DNA of 64,000 bases, taken from positions 22,992 to 86,991 of the forward strand of contig JAFUXG010000055.1 in the NCBI GenBank assembly GCA_017470935.1, in the 5' to 3' direction. This DNA comes from Lachnospiraceae bacterium. Its GTDB lineage: Bacteria; Bacillota; Clostridia; Lachnospirales; Lachnospiraceae. The notes under the pieces are model-generated. The model worked only from the letters and a program-made list of their open reading frames with translations. It was not told the origin of the DNA and made no database searches. Below, one piece after another: positions 1 through 9,282 of the stretch (positions are counted from its first letter, which is position 1; the number at the start of each line of letters is the position of its first letter). Position numbers and translations under genes: made by a program.

Positions 1-132
1 CAGCGGATATTGATACTGTATTGGATAAATATCTGTAGAAGTCATACAGGGTGCATTTACTTAAATACAGATATTCTTCAAAGCTATAGACATGTGATTA
101 TCATTTATTATAACGGATATTGCGGGGGTTAT

Positions 133-147
133 TGATAATTATTATCA
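133..147. promoter_or_regulatory. Fur box, perfect 7-1-7 inverted repeat TGATAAT-T-ATTATCA
   Basis: Read directly. It lies inside the longer palindrome ATTGATAATTATTATCAAT (131-149), about 110 nt upstream of the FTR1 permease start. It is identical to the Bacillus-type Fur 7-1-7 consensus. Confidence 0.75.
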
Positions 148-168
148 ATAATAGACAGGTGTTCTGTA

Positions 169-197
169 TTGCAATATCAGTTTTGTTATGTTATATT
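169..197 (+). promoter_or_regulatory. Candidate sigma-A promoter of the iron-uptake operon
   Basis: TTGCAA (169-174), 17-nt spacer, then TATATT (192-197) preceded by TGT (extended -10 like). Position relative to the Fur box and the gene start is plausible. Confidence 0.4.
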
Positions 198-260
198 GTT
201 AGACGCAACTAACGAGGGTTAGGTTTGTGATAATATATATAAGGAAAGAAGTAATGTATC

Positions 261-2096
261 ATGCGTACATATAAGAAATTTACGATAGCAGCAAAGAGAT
301 TTGATACAGGATATAGGAGAAGAAGCTGGGCCGCCATTTTTTCAATTATTATGGTGCTCACTTACATGATGTCAATATCAGTGTTTACTGTATCAGTGCC
401 CTATGTATATGCGGCAGGCACTGAGTATGAGACATGGGAGGAATATAAGGCTGGTACAGGTGTTACAGGCAGTACATGGAATGTGGTGTGTGATGCTATT
501 GATGCTGTACTTGACCAGGCAGTCTCTGTATATAAGGATGGAGATGCCGAGGGTGCTCTTTCGTGGATGAGCAGTGCTAAGAACAGCTACTGGGGAGCGT
601 CAGGATTTAAGATCGAGATGCAGAAGAAGCTTCCAAGTGCAAGTAAGAAGACGGTTGAGACTAATTTCTCTACGTGTAATCAGGTAATCAAGAATAATGG
701 TTCCATTGATGACCTTAATACAGGAATTGATGAGCTTAAAAGTGCACTGCGCACAGCAGCCAATAAGCTTGATGGAGTTGAGGAGGAGATAGAGATTGCG
801 GCAGAGACTGATACGGCAGCCACGGAGATATTTGCAAGTCAGTACTGCGCCACATGGGAAGAGTATCAGAATGCATCAGGGCTTACCTCATGGACATGGA
901 ATGATGTGGCAGATGCCATGACAGAGGTGTTCAAGGAGGCGAAGGCTAAGTATGAGGCCGGAGATGCCGAGGGGGCATATAATTGTGTAAATGATGGTTA
1001 TTACGGATATTACGAGACCACAGGCTTTGAGCGTAATGCCATGGGTTATATATCAGGTTCAAGAAAATCTGAGGTGGAGCTTCAGTTTTCGGCCTGCAAG
1101 AGTGTGACAAAGGATGATGGCCCTACAGAGGAGTTCAACAAGCAGGTTGATATATTAAGATCGATGATCCGCACAGATGCCAATAAGTTAGATGGCGTGG
1201 ATGAGAATGGTGAGGCGGCAGAGGGAAGCCGCTCCGCAGGAGTTGCTACATTTATTGCATGCTTCACAATTATTCTTCGAGAGGGCTTTGAGGCTATTCT
1301 GGTGGTAGGTGCGATAATCGCATATCTTGTAAAGACAAATGCTGATAAGCCTGAGGAAGAGAAGAAGAGACAGCTTCGTCCTGTGTATGCAGGTTCCATA
1401 ATAGGTATATTATTATCATTCGTGTCAGCATGGGCACTTAATCAGTTAAAGCTTGCCAACAGTGCTTCGCAGGAGATCATAGAAGGCGTGACAGCTCTTA
1501 TCGCAGTGGTTGTTCTTTTCTGGGTATCCAACTGGATGGTTTCAAAGTCGGAATCAGAGGCGTGGGATGCTTATATTAAGAAACAGCTTAAGAAGGGCTC
1601 GGAAAAGGGAAGTACATTTGCTCTTGCATTTACAGCATTTCTTGCAGTATATCGTGAGGGTGCAGAGGTTATATTATTCTATCAGCCGCTCCTTGCGGGA
1701 GACAATATTAATATGGTGTGGACAGGCTTTATAGTAGGTGCGGTATGCCTGGTGTTTGTATATCTTGCAATTCGTCTCCTGTCAGTGAGAATTCCGTTAA
1801 AACCATTCTTCCTGGCAACAAGTATATTGATGTTTATCATGTCTATATCGTTCTTAGGCTCAGGAATCAAGGAGCTTATTGAGGGTGATGTAATTCAAAT
1901 GACTTCGCCGGCGTGGGTTGCATGGATACCTTCTAACTCTGTTATGGAGGTGCTTGGAATATATCCTTGTGTACAGACTGTTGTACCGCAGCTCATACTT
2001 CTTGCCATTACTATTGTGGTGTTTATATTCTGGCTTAAGAGAAATAAGAAGCTTAAGGAGGAGTTAGAGGCGGAAGCGGCAGCAGAGACTGAATAG
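261..2096 (+). CDS. FTR1/EfeU-family high-affinity iron permease with a long duplicated N-terminal extracytoplasmic extension
   Basis: Two REGxE motifs in the membrane half (REGFEA at nt 1278-1295, REGAEV at nt 1653-1670). C-terminal half is multi-TM. N-terminal signal anchor. Gene sits next to a P19 homologue. Confidence 0.85.
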   Translation: MRTYKKFTIAAKRFDTGYRRRSWAAIFSIIMVLTYMMSISVFTVSVPYVYAAGTEYETWEEYKAGTGVTGSTWNVVCDAIDAVLDQAVSVYKDGDAEGALSWMSSAKNSYWGASGFKIEMQKKLPSASKKTVETNFSTCNQVIKNNGSIDDLNTGIDELKSALRTAANKLDGVEEEIEIAAETDTAATEIFASQYCATWEEYQNASGLTSWTWNDVADAMTEVFKEAKAKYEAGDAEGAYNCVNDGYYGYYETTGFERNAMGYISGSRKSEVELQFSACKSVTKDDGPTEEFNKQVDILRSMIRTDANKLDGVDENGEAAEGSRSAGVATFIACFTIILREGFEAILVVGAIIAYLVKTNADKPEEEKKRQLRPVYAGSIIGILLSFVSAWALNQLKLANSASQEIIEGVTALIAVVVLFWVSNWMVSKSESEAWDAYIKKQLKKGSEKGSTFALAFTAFLAVYREGAEVILFYQPLLAGDNINMVWTGFIVGAVCLVFVYLAIRLLSVRIPLKPFFLATSILMFIMSISFLGSGIKELIEGDVIQMTSPAWVAWIPSNSVMEVLGIYPCVQTVVPQLILLAITIVVFIFWLKRNKKLKEELEAEAAAETE

Positions 2097-2236
2097 TATG
2101 TATGATACGGGAGCTGTTACATTGTATATCACTATTTAGTAACAATCCCTTTTCATAAATAAATGATTGCATGGTCCTTCGCAGGGTTTATGCATGATAC
2201 AACATTATTTTACATTATATTAAGGAGGAATATGTA

Positions 2237-2890
2237 ATGAAAAAGAAATTTCTTGCATTAGCACTTGTATCTGCAATGACAATGGCTTTAGTAGCGTGTG
2301 GTTCAGATACAGCAGCAACAAGCGAGTCTGCTGATTCTAATGATGCAGCTGCATCAGAAGAGGTTGTAGCAGATGCTGACACAGAGGATGCAGCAACAGA
2401 TGGTGAGGCAGGCTTTACCGAGATTCCTATCTGGGAGGATGCGGAGGTTGGTTTCCTTAACCTTTCAGCAGTTTATTTCCAGCCTGTTCCTATGCAGAAT
2501 GAGACACAGAACATCTCGGCTGAGGACTTCGATCTTCACCTTGAGGCTGATATCGCTGCATTGGAGAATAATCTTGGCTATGGTGTTGGCGACTGGGTAC
2601 CTTATCTTACAGTTGATTATGATGTAATCGGTTCTGACGGAAATTCAGCAGCTTCAGGTACATTCATGACAATGGCAGCTTCTGATGGTCCTCATTATGG
2701 TGCTAACATTAAGCTTCCTAACGCTGATACATACAGTGTTAAGATCACAATCCACAGCCCTGGTGAGAATGGTTACTTAATCCACTCTGATTCAGAGACA
2801 GGTCCGGGTGGATTGTTAGAGGATTACTTCGGTGATGGCCCTCTTACATATACATTTGAGGGATGGGATTATACACCACAGGAGTGGTAA
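2237..2890 (+). CDS. P19/Tpd-family extracytoplasmic iron(copper)-binding lipoprotein
   Basis: Lipobox LVACGS. The motifs HLEADIAAL ... PYLTVDY ... DGPHYGANIKLP closely follow the Campylobacter P19 family signature. Strong SD AAGGAGG. Confidence 0.85.
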   Translation: MKKKFLALALVSAMTMALVACGSDTAATSESADSNDAAASEEVVADADTEDAATDGEAGFTEIPIWEDAEVGFLNLSAVYFQPVPMQNETQNISAEDFDLHLEADIAALENNLGYGVGDWVPYLTVDYDVIGSDGNSAASGTFMTMAASDGPHYGANIKLPNADTYSVKITIHSPGENGYLIHSDSETGPGGLLEDYFGDGPLTYTFEGWDYTPQEW

Positions 2891-3050
2891 GAGATACCGG
2901 TATAATACGGTCATATGGTCAACTTTTCTATATGTGATATAGGATAATTGACGTTACAATTATGCATTAAGCTACACTGCGGTGCGCCCTTATAGGCGTA
3001 CCGCATTAGTGCGTTAAAAAAGAAGGTTATAAACAGGAGGTGTCAGTGCG

Positions 3051-4304
3051 ATGCTCTCGTACTTGATCAAAACAACAATAAGCTTGCTTATGGCAGTAAT
3101 ATTGCTTGGAATAACGGCTGCATACACTAAGCTGGCTGCAAAAGCTTATGCTAAGAAAATTGTCATAACGGGAACGGTCTTAGGTTTGATTGCTTCCATA
3201 CTCATGTCTGTTGCAAAAAATGCAACAAGCAAGATAGATACAAGTGCGTGGAATCTGGGTATATTTACGGTTGCATTGATAGCATATGCACTGTTACTCA
3301 TTTTTTCTGTTAAAGCAGTGAGCAGTAGGCTAGGCAAAGCTGCAGATGTTATTTTTTGGTGTATGACATCAGTTATTGCTGCTGCTTCACTATTTTATAC
3401 ACTGCCTGATGTATGGGCATATCCATATCAGATGGTTTCAGCAGGACAGAGTATGATCTCAACAGATTTTCTCTATAAAATGATTGGTTTTTTATTTGGC
3501 TGGATTTTAATGATAGTTGTATTTTTTGCGTCGTATAAATGTGTGCTTCGTCTAAGTGAAAAAGGAGCGCTCATATTATTAAAGCTGTCATATCTTATCA
3601 ATGCATTGAGGCAGGCATCGGTTATTCTTTCCATCATACTGGCGAAGAGAATAATTAAGTCAAACCATACCTTATTTACGATTGCGAAATATACATCTAA
3701 TTACAGTAACGGATTTATATATTTGTCCATATTATTGATATTTGTTGTGACGGTTATTTTATGGGTAAGAAGTATGAATGTGAATGAACCATATTCCAAC
3801 CCTGCGCAGCACAGAAAGATCAAAGCAAAGTGGAGGAGCATAAGGCGATGGGCGGCAACGGCTGTCATAGCATTTATCCTATGCATTGCTAATATGACTG
3901 TTATTAATGCCTATGATAATAAGGTAGTGGAGCTTTCTCCTGTGGAGGATGCAAGAGTTGATAACGGTAATGTATATGTTACCTTTGAACAGGTGGCGGA
4001 CGGACATCTTCACCGCTTTGCATATAATACGGAAGGTGGAGTGGAGATAAGATTCATTGTGATCAAAAAGCCTAACTCTTCATCGTATGGTATCGGTCTT
4101 GACGCATGTGATATATGCGGTGAAACGGGTTATTATGAGAAGGATGGCCAGGTGGTATGTAAGCTTTGTGATGTGGTCATGAATATAAGTACCATCGGAT
4201 TCAAGGGAGGCTGTAATCCTATAGTTATTCCGTATGAAATTGAGAACGGAGAGATTATTGTGCCAATTGAGGGGTTGGTAGAATATGAGAGTGAATTCAG
4301 ATAA
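3051..4304 (+). CDS. Polytopic membrane protein with C-terminal DUF2318-type Cys-rich domain (FTR1/P19-associated)
   Basis: About 8 hydrophobic helices followed by a soluble domain with CDICGETGYYEKDGQVVCKLCD. Same position as the DUF2318 gene in ftr1-p19 loci. Confidence 0.7.
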   Translation: MLSYLIKTTISLLMAVILLGITAAYTKLAAKAYAKKIVITGTVLGLIASILMSVAKNATSKIDTSAWNLGIFTVALIAYALLLIFSVKAVSSRLGKAADVIFWCMTSVIAAASLFYTLPDVWAYPYQMVSAGQSMISTDFLYKMIGFLFGWILMIVVFFASYKCVLRLSEKGALILLKLSYLINALRQASVILSIILAKRIIKSNHTLFTIAKYTSNYSNGFIYLSILLIFVVTVILWVRSMNVNEPYSNPAQHRKIKAKWRSIRRWAATAVIAFILCIANMTVINAYDNKVVELSPVEDARVDNGNVYVTFEQVADGHLHRFAYNTEGGVEIRFIVIKKPNSSSYGIGLDACDICGETGYYEKDGQVVCKLCDVVMNISTIGFKGGCNPIVIPYEIENGEIIVPIEGLVEYESEFR

Positions 4305-4337
4305 AAAGTGGTTTCAGAAAAATAGAGGTGACTTGAT

Positions 4338-5627
4338 ATGTTTTTGAGGATGATATTAAGAGCATTCCTAAGGCAGTGGAAGAAGATGGCTATGATAGCC
4401 TTTACCATAGCGCTCGGCTCGTCGTTAGCAACTGCGATGCTGTGCGTGATGATGGATGTTGGAGATAAGGTCAATCAGGAGCTTAAGACCTATGGAGCCA
4501 ATATCAAGGTGGTGCCGAAGGATGCTTCGATTATAAATGAACTATACGACACTGACGGCGAGAATATGTCGGGAGCTTATCTTAGAGAGGATGAGCTAGG
4601 AAAGATCAAGACTATATTCTGGGCGTTTAACATTGTGGATTACGCCCCATTTATAAGCACAAATGCTTCATTAAATGGCGGTGATGAGGTGACGGTCACA
4701 GGAACATGGTTTAATCACCATATGGAGCTTCCAACAGGTGAGACATTGGATGCGGGAGTTGTATCAATGAGAAGCTGGTGGGAGATTATAGCCGGCGACT
4801 GGATTGATGAACAAAATGGTGATGACAGGGATGTTGCCATGGTGGGCAAAGCTTTAGCCGAAGCTAATGGAATTAAGGTGGGAGATACAATTGACCTTAA
4901 GGGAAGCTCAGGAGAAAAAAGTCTTCTTGTATCAGCCATATTTGATGCGGGGGGTGACGAGGACGACCAGGTGTATGTATATCTTGATACAGCACAGGTG
5001 CTGGCTGCTCTTGACGGAAAGGTGGACAGCATTGAGGTAAGCGCACTGACCACACCTGATAATGAGCTGGCTGAGAAGGCAGCTGCAGATCCTTCCTCAT
5101 TGTCAATAGCCCAAAAGGAAACATGGCTCTGTACTGCATATGTCAGTGCAATCTGCTATCAGATACAGGAGGTCATAACCGATTCTGTTGCCTCTGCAGT
5201 CAGACAGGTGGCAGATTCAGAGGGAGAGATTCTTAATAAGACACAGCTTCTTATGATGCTTATCACAGTGCTAAGTCTTGTGGGAGCCGCCCTTGGTATA
5301 TGTAATCTGGTTACGGCATCTGTTATGGAGAGAGCGCAGGAGATAGGACTTATGAAAGCAATAGGCGCACAGAATCCTTCCATTACCGGACTGGTGCTTA
5401 CAGAGATATTGCTTACAGCCATAATTGGCGGTATAGCCGGATTCTTTGCAGGAATAGGATTTGCGCAGATAATCGGCCATAGTGTATTTGCATCTGCCAT
5501 TTCCGTGAGACCTATGGTGATTCCTATTGTTGCTGTGCTTGTATTCATAGTGACATTGATAGGATGTATTCCTGCCATTAAGATGCTTCTTGGTCTCCGC
5601 CCCACAGAAGTTCTTCACGGGAGGTGA
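4338..5627 (+). CDS. ABC transporter permease, FtsX/MacB type
   Basis: N-terminal TM, large extracytoplasmic domain and a C-terminal FtsX-like 3-TM bundle (ERAQEIGLMKAIGA motif). Confidence 0.8.
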   Translation: MFLRMILRAFLRQWKKMAMIAFTIALGSSLATAMLCVMMDVGDKVNQELKTYGANIKVVPKDASIINELYDTDGENMSGAYLREDELGKIKTIFWAFNIVDYAPFISTNASLNGGDEVTVTGTWFNHHMELPTGETLDAGVVSMRSWWEIIAGDWIDEQNGDDRDVAMVGKALAEANGIKVGDTIDLKGSSGEKSLLVSAIFDAGGDEDDQVYVYLDTAQVLAALDGKVDSIEVSALTTPDNELAEKAAADPSSLSIAQKETWLCTAYVSAICYQIQEVITDSVASAVRQVADSEGEILNKTQLLMMLITVLSLVGAALGICNLVTASVMERAQEIGLMKAIGAQNPSITGLVLTEILLTAIIGGIAGFFAGIGFAQIIGHSVFASAISVRPMVIPIVAVLVFIVTLIGCIPAIKMLLGLRPTEVLHGR

Positions 5628-5633
5628 TCATTT

Positions 5634-6824
5634 ATGAAAAAAAGAAAAATGTATATGCGTATGATTACCGCATCACTGCTTAGAAGAAGGTCGAGAATGA
5701 TAGTTGCCCTGCTTGCCATCGCAATTGGAGCAACAATACTATCAGGGCTTGTAACAATATACTATGATGTGCCGAGGCAGATGGGTGCACAGTTTCGAAG
5801 CTATGGTGCCAACATGCTTTTTACGGCGGTAAATGATACATTCAGTCAGGAGGATGTTGATAATGCAGTAGCAGTGATACCTGAGTCACAGCGGGTCGGA
5901 GTTGCACCATACAGATATGAAACGGTGAGGATGAATGACAGGCCTGTACTGGCGGCAGCAACCGATATGGAAGGTGCTAAATCGGCATCTCCATTCTGGA
6001 GAGTTAATGGAGACTGGCCTTCAGCGGATGGGCAGTTAATGATCGGAAAGTCGGTGGCATCCCTTTATAAGCTTAATCCGGGGGATAAGATTGAGGTGAC
6101 ATATACCCCGGTAATTGAGACGGAGAATTCTTCTTCAGATGAAGAAGCTTTGGAAGAGAATGCAGATGAAGAATTTATATTAGATAATTACATAGACTTT
6201 GAGGTTGTGGGAATTCTTGACACAGGTGGTAACGAAGAGGAATATATATATATGACACTTAATGACATGGAAAAGCTTACAGGAAAAGCCAATTACTACA
6301 ATGTGTGTGAGCTTTCCGTATCTGCAACGGCTGATGAGCTGTCAGTCTATGCAGATAAGATTAGTGAAGGTGTTGAAGGGATTAACGCACGGCTGGTGAA
6401 GCGTGTAACCCAATCCGAGACAACAGTGCTTTCAAAGCTGCAGTCTCTTGTGCTTTTGGTAACAGTCGTAGTTCTGGCACTTACAATGATATGTGTTGCC
6501 ACCACTATGACTGCAGTTGTGGCAGAGAGGAGAAAAGAGATTGGCCTTCGAAAAGCGCTTGGTGCCTCAGATAAGAGTATAATAGGTGAATTTATGGGTG
6601 AAGGACTTTTGCTGGGGTTTGCAGGCGGATTCTTAGGTGCTTTTCTTGGATTTCTGTTCGCACAGGGAGTCAGTGTAAGCGTGTTCAACAGCTCTATATC
6701 ATTTAGGCCGCTGCTGCTTCCGGTTACAATAATTGTTTCTGTTGTGGTGACGGGAGTTGCGTGCCTGATACCGATACGAAGTGCAACGGATGTGGATCCG
6801 GCACTTGTACTGAAAGGAGAATAA
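5634..6824 (+). CDS. ABC transporter permease, FtsX/MacB type (second subunit)
   Basis: Same topology as the preceding gene. ERRKEIGLRKALGA motif. Confidence 0.8.
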   Translation: MKKRKMYMRMITASLLRRRSRMIVALLAIAIGATILSGLVTIYYDVPRQMGAQFRSYGANMLFTAVNDTFSQEDVDNAVAVIPESQRVGVAPYRYETVRMNDRPVLAAATDMEGAKSASPFWRVNGDWPSADGQLMIGKSVASLYKLNPGDKIEVTYTPVIETENSSSDEEALEENADEEFILDNYIDFEVVGILDTGGNEEEYIYMTLNDMEKLTGKANYYNVCELSVSATADELSVYADKISEGVEGINARLVKRVTQSETTVLSKLQSLVLLVTVVVLALTMICVATTMTAVVAERRKEIGLRKALGASDKSIIGEFMGEGLLLGFAGGFLGAFLGFLFAQGVSVSVFNSSISFRPLLLPVTIIVSVVVTGVACLIPIRSATDVDPALVLKGE

Positions 6825-6828
6825 GGAA

Positions 6829-7521
6829 ATGAGCCTTCTGGAATTAAAAAATGTATCAAAAATATATGGAAATCTTCATGCGCTTGACAATGTAAGTCTA
6901 ACAGTGGAAAAGGGTGAGTGGGTTGCGATAATGGGACCTTCCGGCTCCGGCAAAAGTACTATGATGAATATTATCGGGTGCATGGATAAGGCAAGTGAGG
7001 GAGAGGTCTTGTTGGATGGAGTTGATATATCCAAGGAATCTTCCAAGAGCCTTACAAATATAAGACGTGATAAGATAGGCCTTATATTCCAGCAGTTCCA
7101 TCTTGTAAGCTATCTTACGGCACTTGAAAATGTTATGCTGGCACAGTATTATCATAGTATACCTGACGAAAAGGAAGCGTTAGAGGCCCTTGAAAAGGTT
7201 GGCCTTGCAGACCGTGCTAAGCATTTTCCGAGCCAGTTATCCGGCGGTGAGCAGCAGAGGGTATGTGTTGCAAGAGCGCTTATCAATTATCCTGAGATAA
7301 TACTTGCAGATGAACCCACGGGTAATCTTGATGAGGCGAATGAAGAGATCGTAGTTGAACTTTTCAGGAAGCTTCATGAGGATGGAACCACACTTATTGT
7401 TGTTACCCATGATCCTGAGGTGGCAGAGGTTGCCCAAAGAACGCTTGTGCTGCGTAATGGAAAGCTTGATCATGAGACAGTTAATAAGAATTTTACAGGA
7501 CATATTAAGTATAATTTGTAA
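6829..7521 (+). CDS. ABC transporter ATP-binding protein (MacB/LolD-like)
   Basis: Walker [10 protein letters not shown], signature LSGGEQQR, Walker B ILADEPT. Confidence 0.9.
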   Translation: MSLLELKNVSKIYGNLHALDNVSLTVEKGEWVAIMGPSGSGKSTMMNIIGCMDKASEGEVLLDGVDISKESSKSLTNIRRDKIGLIFQQFHLVSYLTALENVMLAQYYHSIPDEKEALEALEKVGLADRAKHFPSQLSGGEQQRVCVARALINYPEIILADEPTGNLDEANEEIVVELFRKLHEDGTTLIVVTHDPEVAEVAQRTLVLRNGKLDHETVNKNFTGHIKYNL

Positions 7522-7543
7522 GAGGAAAGGAGTTTACAGATAC

Positions 7544-7993
7544 ATGAGAAATATGAAAGCGATTTCACTGATATGTATATCAGGATTGATTGCAGCAAGT
7601 CTTACTGCATGTGGCAGTCCCAAAAGCTATGCAGACGGAACCTACGAGGGTAAGAGCTCTGTGTTTGAAAATGATGACGGATCCGAGGACGGCAATGGTT
7701 ATGGAGTTGTGACCATTACCATCAAGGATGGAAAGATATCTGATTGTACCTATCAGACCTTTGAGCCGGATGGAAAATTAAAGGATTCTGAGTATGGCAA
7801 GAAGCAGGGCGAGATCGCTAATAAGGATTTCTACAACAAGGCACAGAAGGCTGTGGCTGCATGTGATGAATATGCAGGTATGTTGGTCTCTAACGGACAG
7901 CTTGAGGGGATTGACGCCATATCAGGAGCTACTATCAACTATAATGAGTTCTGTGAGGCGGTTGATGATGCCCTGTCAAAGGCAGAGCAGTAA
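7544..7993 (+). CDS. FMN-binding-domain lipoprotein
   Basis: Start moved from 7355 to the ATG at 7544, which follows SD AGGAAAGGAG. Lipobox LTACGS. C-terminal DAISGATINY resembles the flavinylated SGAT motif of FMN_bind domains. Confidence 0.7.
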   Translation: MRNMKAISLICISGLIAASLTACGSPKSYADGTYEGKSSVFENDDGSEDGNGYGVVTITIKDGKISDCTYQTFEPDGKLKDSEYGKKQGEIANKDFYNKAQKAVAACDEYAGMLVSNGQLEGIDAISGATINYNEFCEAVDDALSKAEQ

Positions 7994-8049
7994 CATATAA
8001 AGAGTGAGCCTTTAAACAATATAAGAACAGGAACTTATATTTGATACAT

Positions 8050-8099
8050 TAATGTGAGCAAAGTGCGAATTTAGTTGACGAGATATAATACAGGGAGGG
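8050..8099. repeat. Copy of dispersed GAGCAAAG(C/T)G-core intergenic repeat
   Basis: AATGTGAGCAAAGTGCGAATTTAGTTGACGAGATATAATAC is near-identical to 24015-24066. Confidence 0.7.
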
Positions 8100-8105
8100 T
8101 TTTCC

Positions 8106-8603
8106 GTGAAGGTTATAAAACATATAATAATTGTGTGTGTGTGCCTGTTTGCCATATTAGGAATTCCCTTCCTGTTTTTATATTCTAAGACAGCAGGTGG
8201 AACAGATGCGGTAACAGGTGCATCTGTAATAATAGATCAGCCTTCAGGAGATTATATGGTTTTCATCAATAAGGATAGGCGCAGGGATGAGGAAACAATG
8301 GCTACATGGGAAAGCTTCTTCAGTGGCCGGGAGATTTCCTATGTGTTTGAGGATATTGTATGTTGTGTGGCTGAAAATGATACTGCCGGGTATACTATGG
8401 CACAGAGCTTTCAATCACGTCTTCCGGAAAACCAGATGGTAATCCGCAAAGAGGATGGAACCCTTATGATGTCTAAGGCTGATACCGGCAGATATGATAT
8501 TATTATTATGTCAAAGGAAGCGGCAAAGATGTATAATGTGGATACACTTGAAGGAAGAGATGATTCAATAACATGCCTGATAACAAGTGCAGAGGAGAAT
8601 TAG
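8106..8603 (+). CDS. Hypothetical membrane-anchored protein
   Basis: GTG start after SD GGGAGGG. One N-terminal TM. No recognisable catalytic motif. Abuts the SDH/FRD-like genes. Confidence 0.5.
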   Translation: MKVIKHIIIVCVCLFAILGIPFLFLYSKTAGGTDAVTGASVIIDQPSGDYMVFINKDRRRDEETMATWESFFSGREISYVFEDIVCCVAENDTAGYTMAQSFQSRLPENQMVIRKEDGTLMMSKADTGRYDIIIMSKEAAKMYNVDTLEGRDDSITCLITSAEEN

Positions 8604-8605
8604 GA

Positions 8606-9154
8606 ATGAGAAAATGGAACGCAGTCTTAAGTATGTGCATTATTGTTCTTTTTCTGGTACATGCCATTGCAGGAGGCTTTCAGCTTATGGGGCTGATACC
8701 GGGAGGCTCTGCTTTGCTGGGAATCCTGGCGTGGGTAATGCTTGTGCTGATTTTGATACATGCTATTATTGGGATTAAGCTTACTGCAGACAGCCTGGCT
8801 GCAAGCAGGAAGGCGGGAGCGTCATATTTTAAGGATAATAAATTGTTTTGGGCAAGACGTATAAGCGGTTTTGCCATTTTTGTATTTATACTGTTTCACG
8901 TACTGCTGTTTCTGGGAAAGAATGACGGGGTGTACCGTTTGAATTATTTTGGAGCACTACAGCTTGCGACACAGCTTCTATTGGTTTTGTCTGTTGCAGC
9001 TCATGTAATCACCAATATCAATCCGATGCTTATATCATTTGGGTTAAAGCGCCTTAAGGAATATGCGGTGGACATTCTTATTGTAATTTCAGGTATCCTG
9101 CTTTTTATAGGGGTTTCCTTTGTGATATATTATATAAGATGGAATGTTTTGTGA
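8606..9154 (+). CDS. Succinate dehydrogenase/fumarate reductase membrane anchor, dihaem cytochrome b-like (5 TM)
   Basis: Start taken at the ATG at 8606 after SD GAGGAG. Five predicted helices, with His in helices 1, 2, 3 and 4. Directly precedes the flavoprotein and Fe-S subunits. Confidence 0.55.
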   Translation: MRKWNAVLSMCIIVLFLVHAIAGGFQLMGLIPGGSALLGILAWVMLVLILIHAIIGIKLTADSLAASRKAGASYFKDNKLFWARRISGFAIFVFILFHVLLFLGKNDGVYRLNYFGALQLATQLLLVLSVAAHVITNINPMLISFGLKRLKEYAVDILIVISGILLFIGVSFVIYYIRWNVL

Positions 9155-9282
9155 TACATTATAAAATGATGAAAAGGTGTCGGCTTCGTGATTACACGAA
9201 AAAGCAACAATTATCTTAAAAGCACATGGAGCTGCAGGCGACATGACGAAAGAGTGATCTTAAAGCCGGGCAGGTGATGAAT

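Noticed and set aside
2-37. The 3-prime end of an upstream + strand gene (…ADIDTVLDKYL-stop)
   Set aside because: Only 11 codons are visible, too short to support or identify a feature.
1082-1399. Many 60-190-aa ORFs in the track lie antisense to, or out of frame within, long well-supported genes. Examples are 1082-1399, 5159-5605, 6347-6859, 13431-13796, 17499-17915, 20552-21032, 26425-27006 and 29323-29901.
   Set aside because: They have no SD sequences and low-complexity or Ser/Leu/Ile-rich shadow-frame composition. They overlap fully with genes that carry clear family motifs.
7355-7543. Long N-terminal extensions of several track ORFs (7355, 8573, 24221, 24952, 30687, 31537, 33532, 37328, 37906, 38540, 39665, 40207, 45944, 51011 and 52156 on the minus strand, 52633, 53760, 57747)
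   Set aside because: In each case an internal ATG has a good SD and starts at the expected family N-terminus (signal peptide, HTH, Walker region and so on). The extension overlaps the upstream gene or intergenic promoter sequence.
8075-8092. TTGACG ... TATAAT inside the 8.05-kb repeat (and TTGACA ... TATATT in the 24.04-kb copy) as a promoter
   Set aside because: The two hexamers are only 3-5 nt apart, which is incompatible with sigma-A spacing. The match is a property of the repeat consensus.
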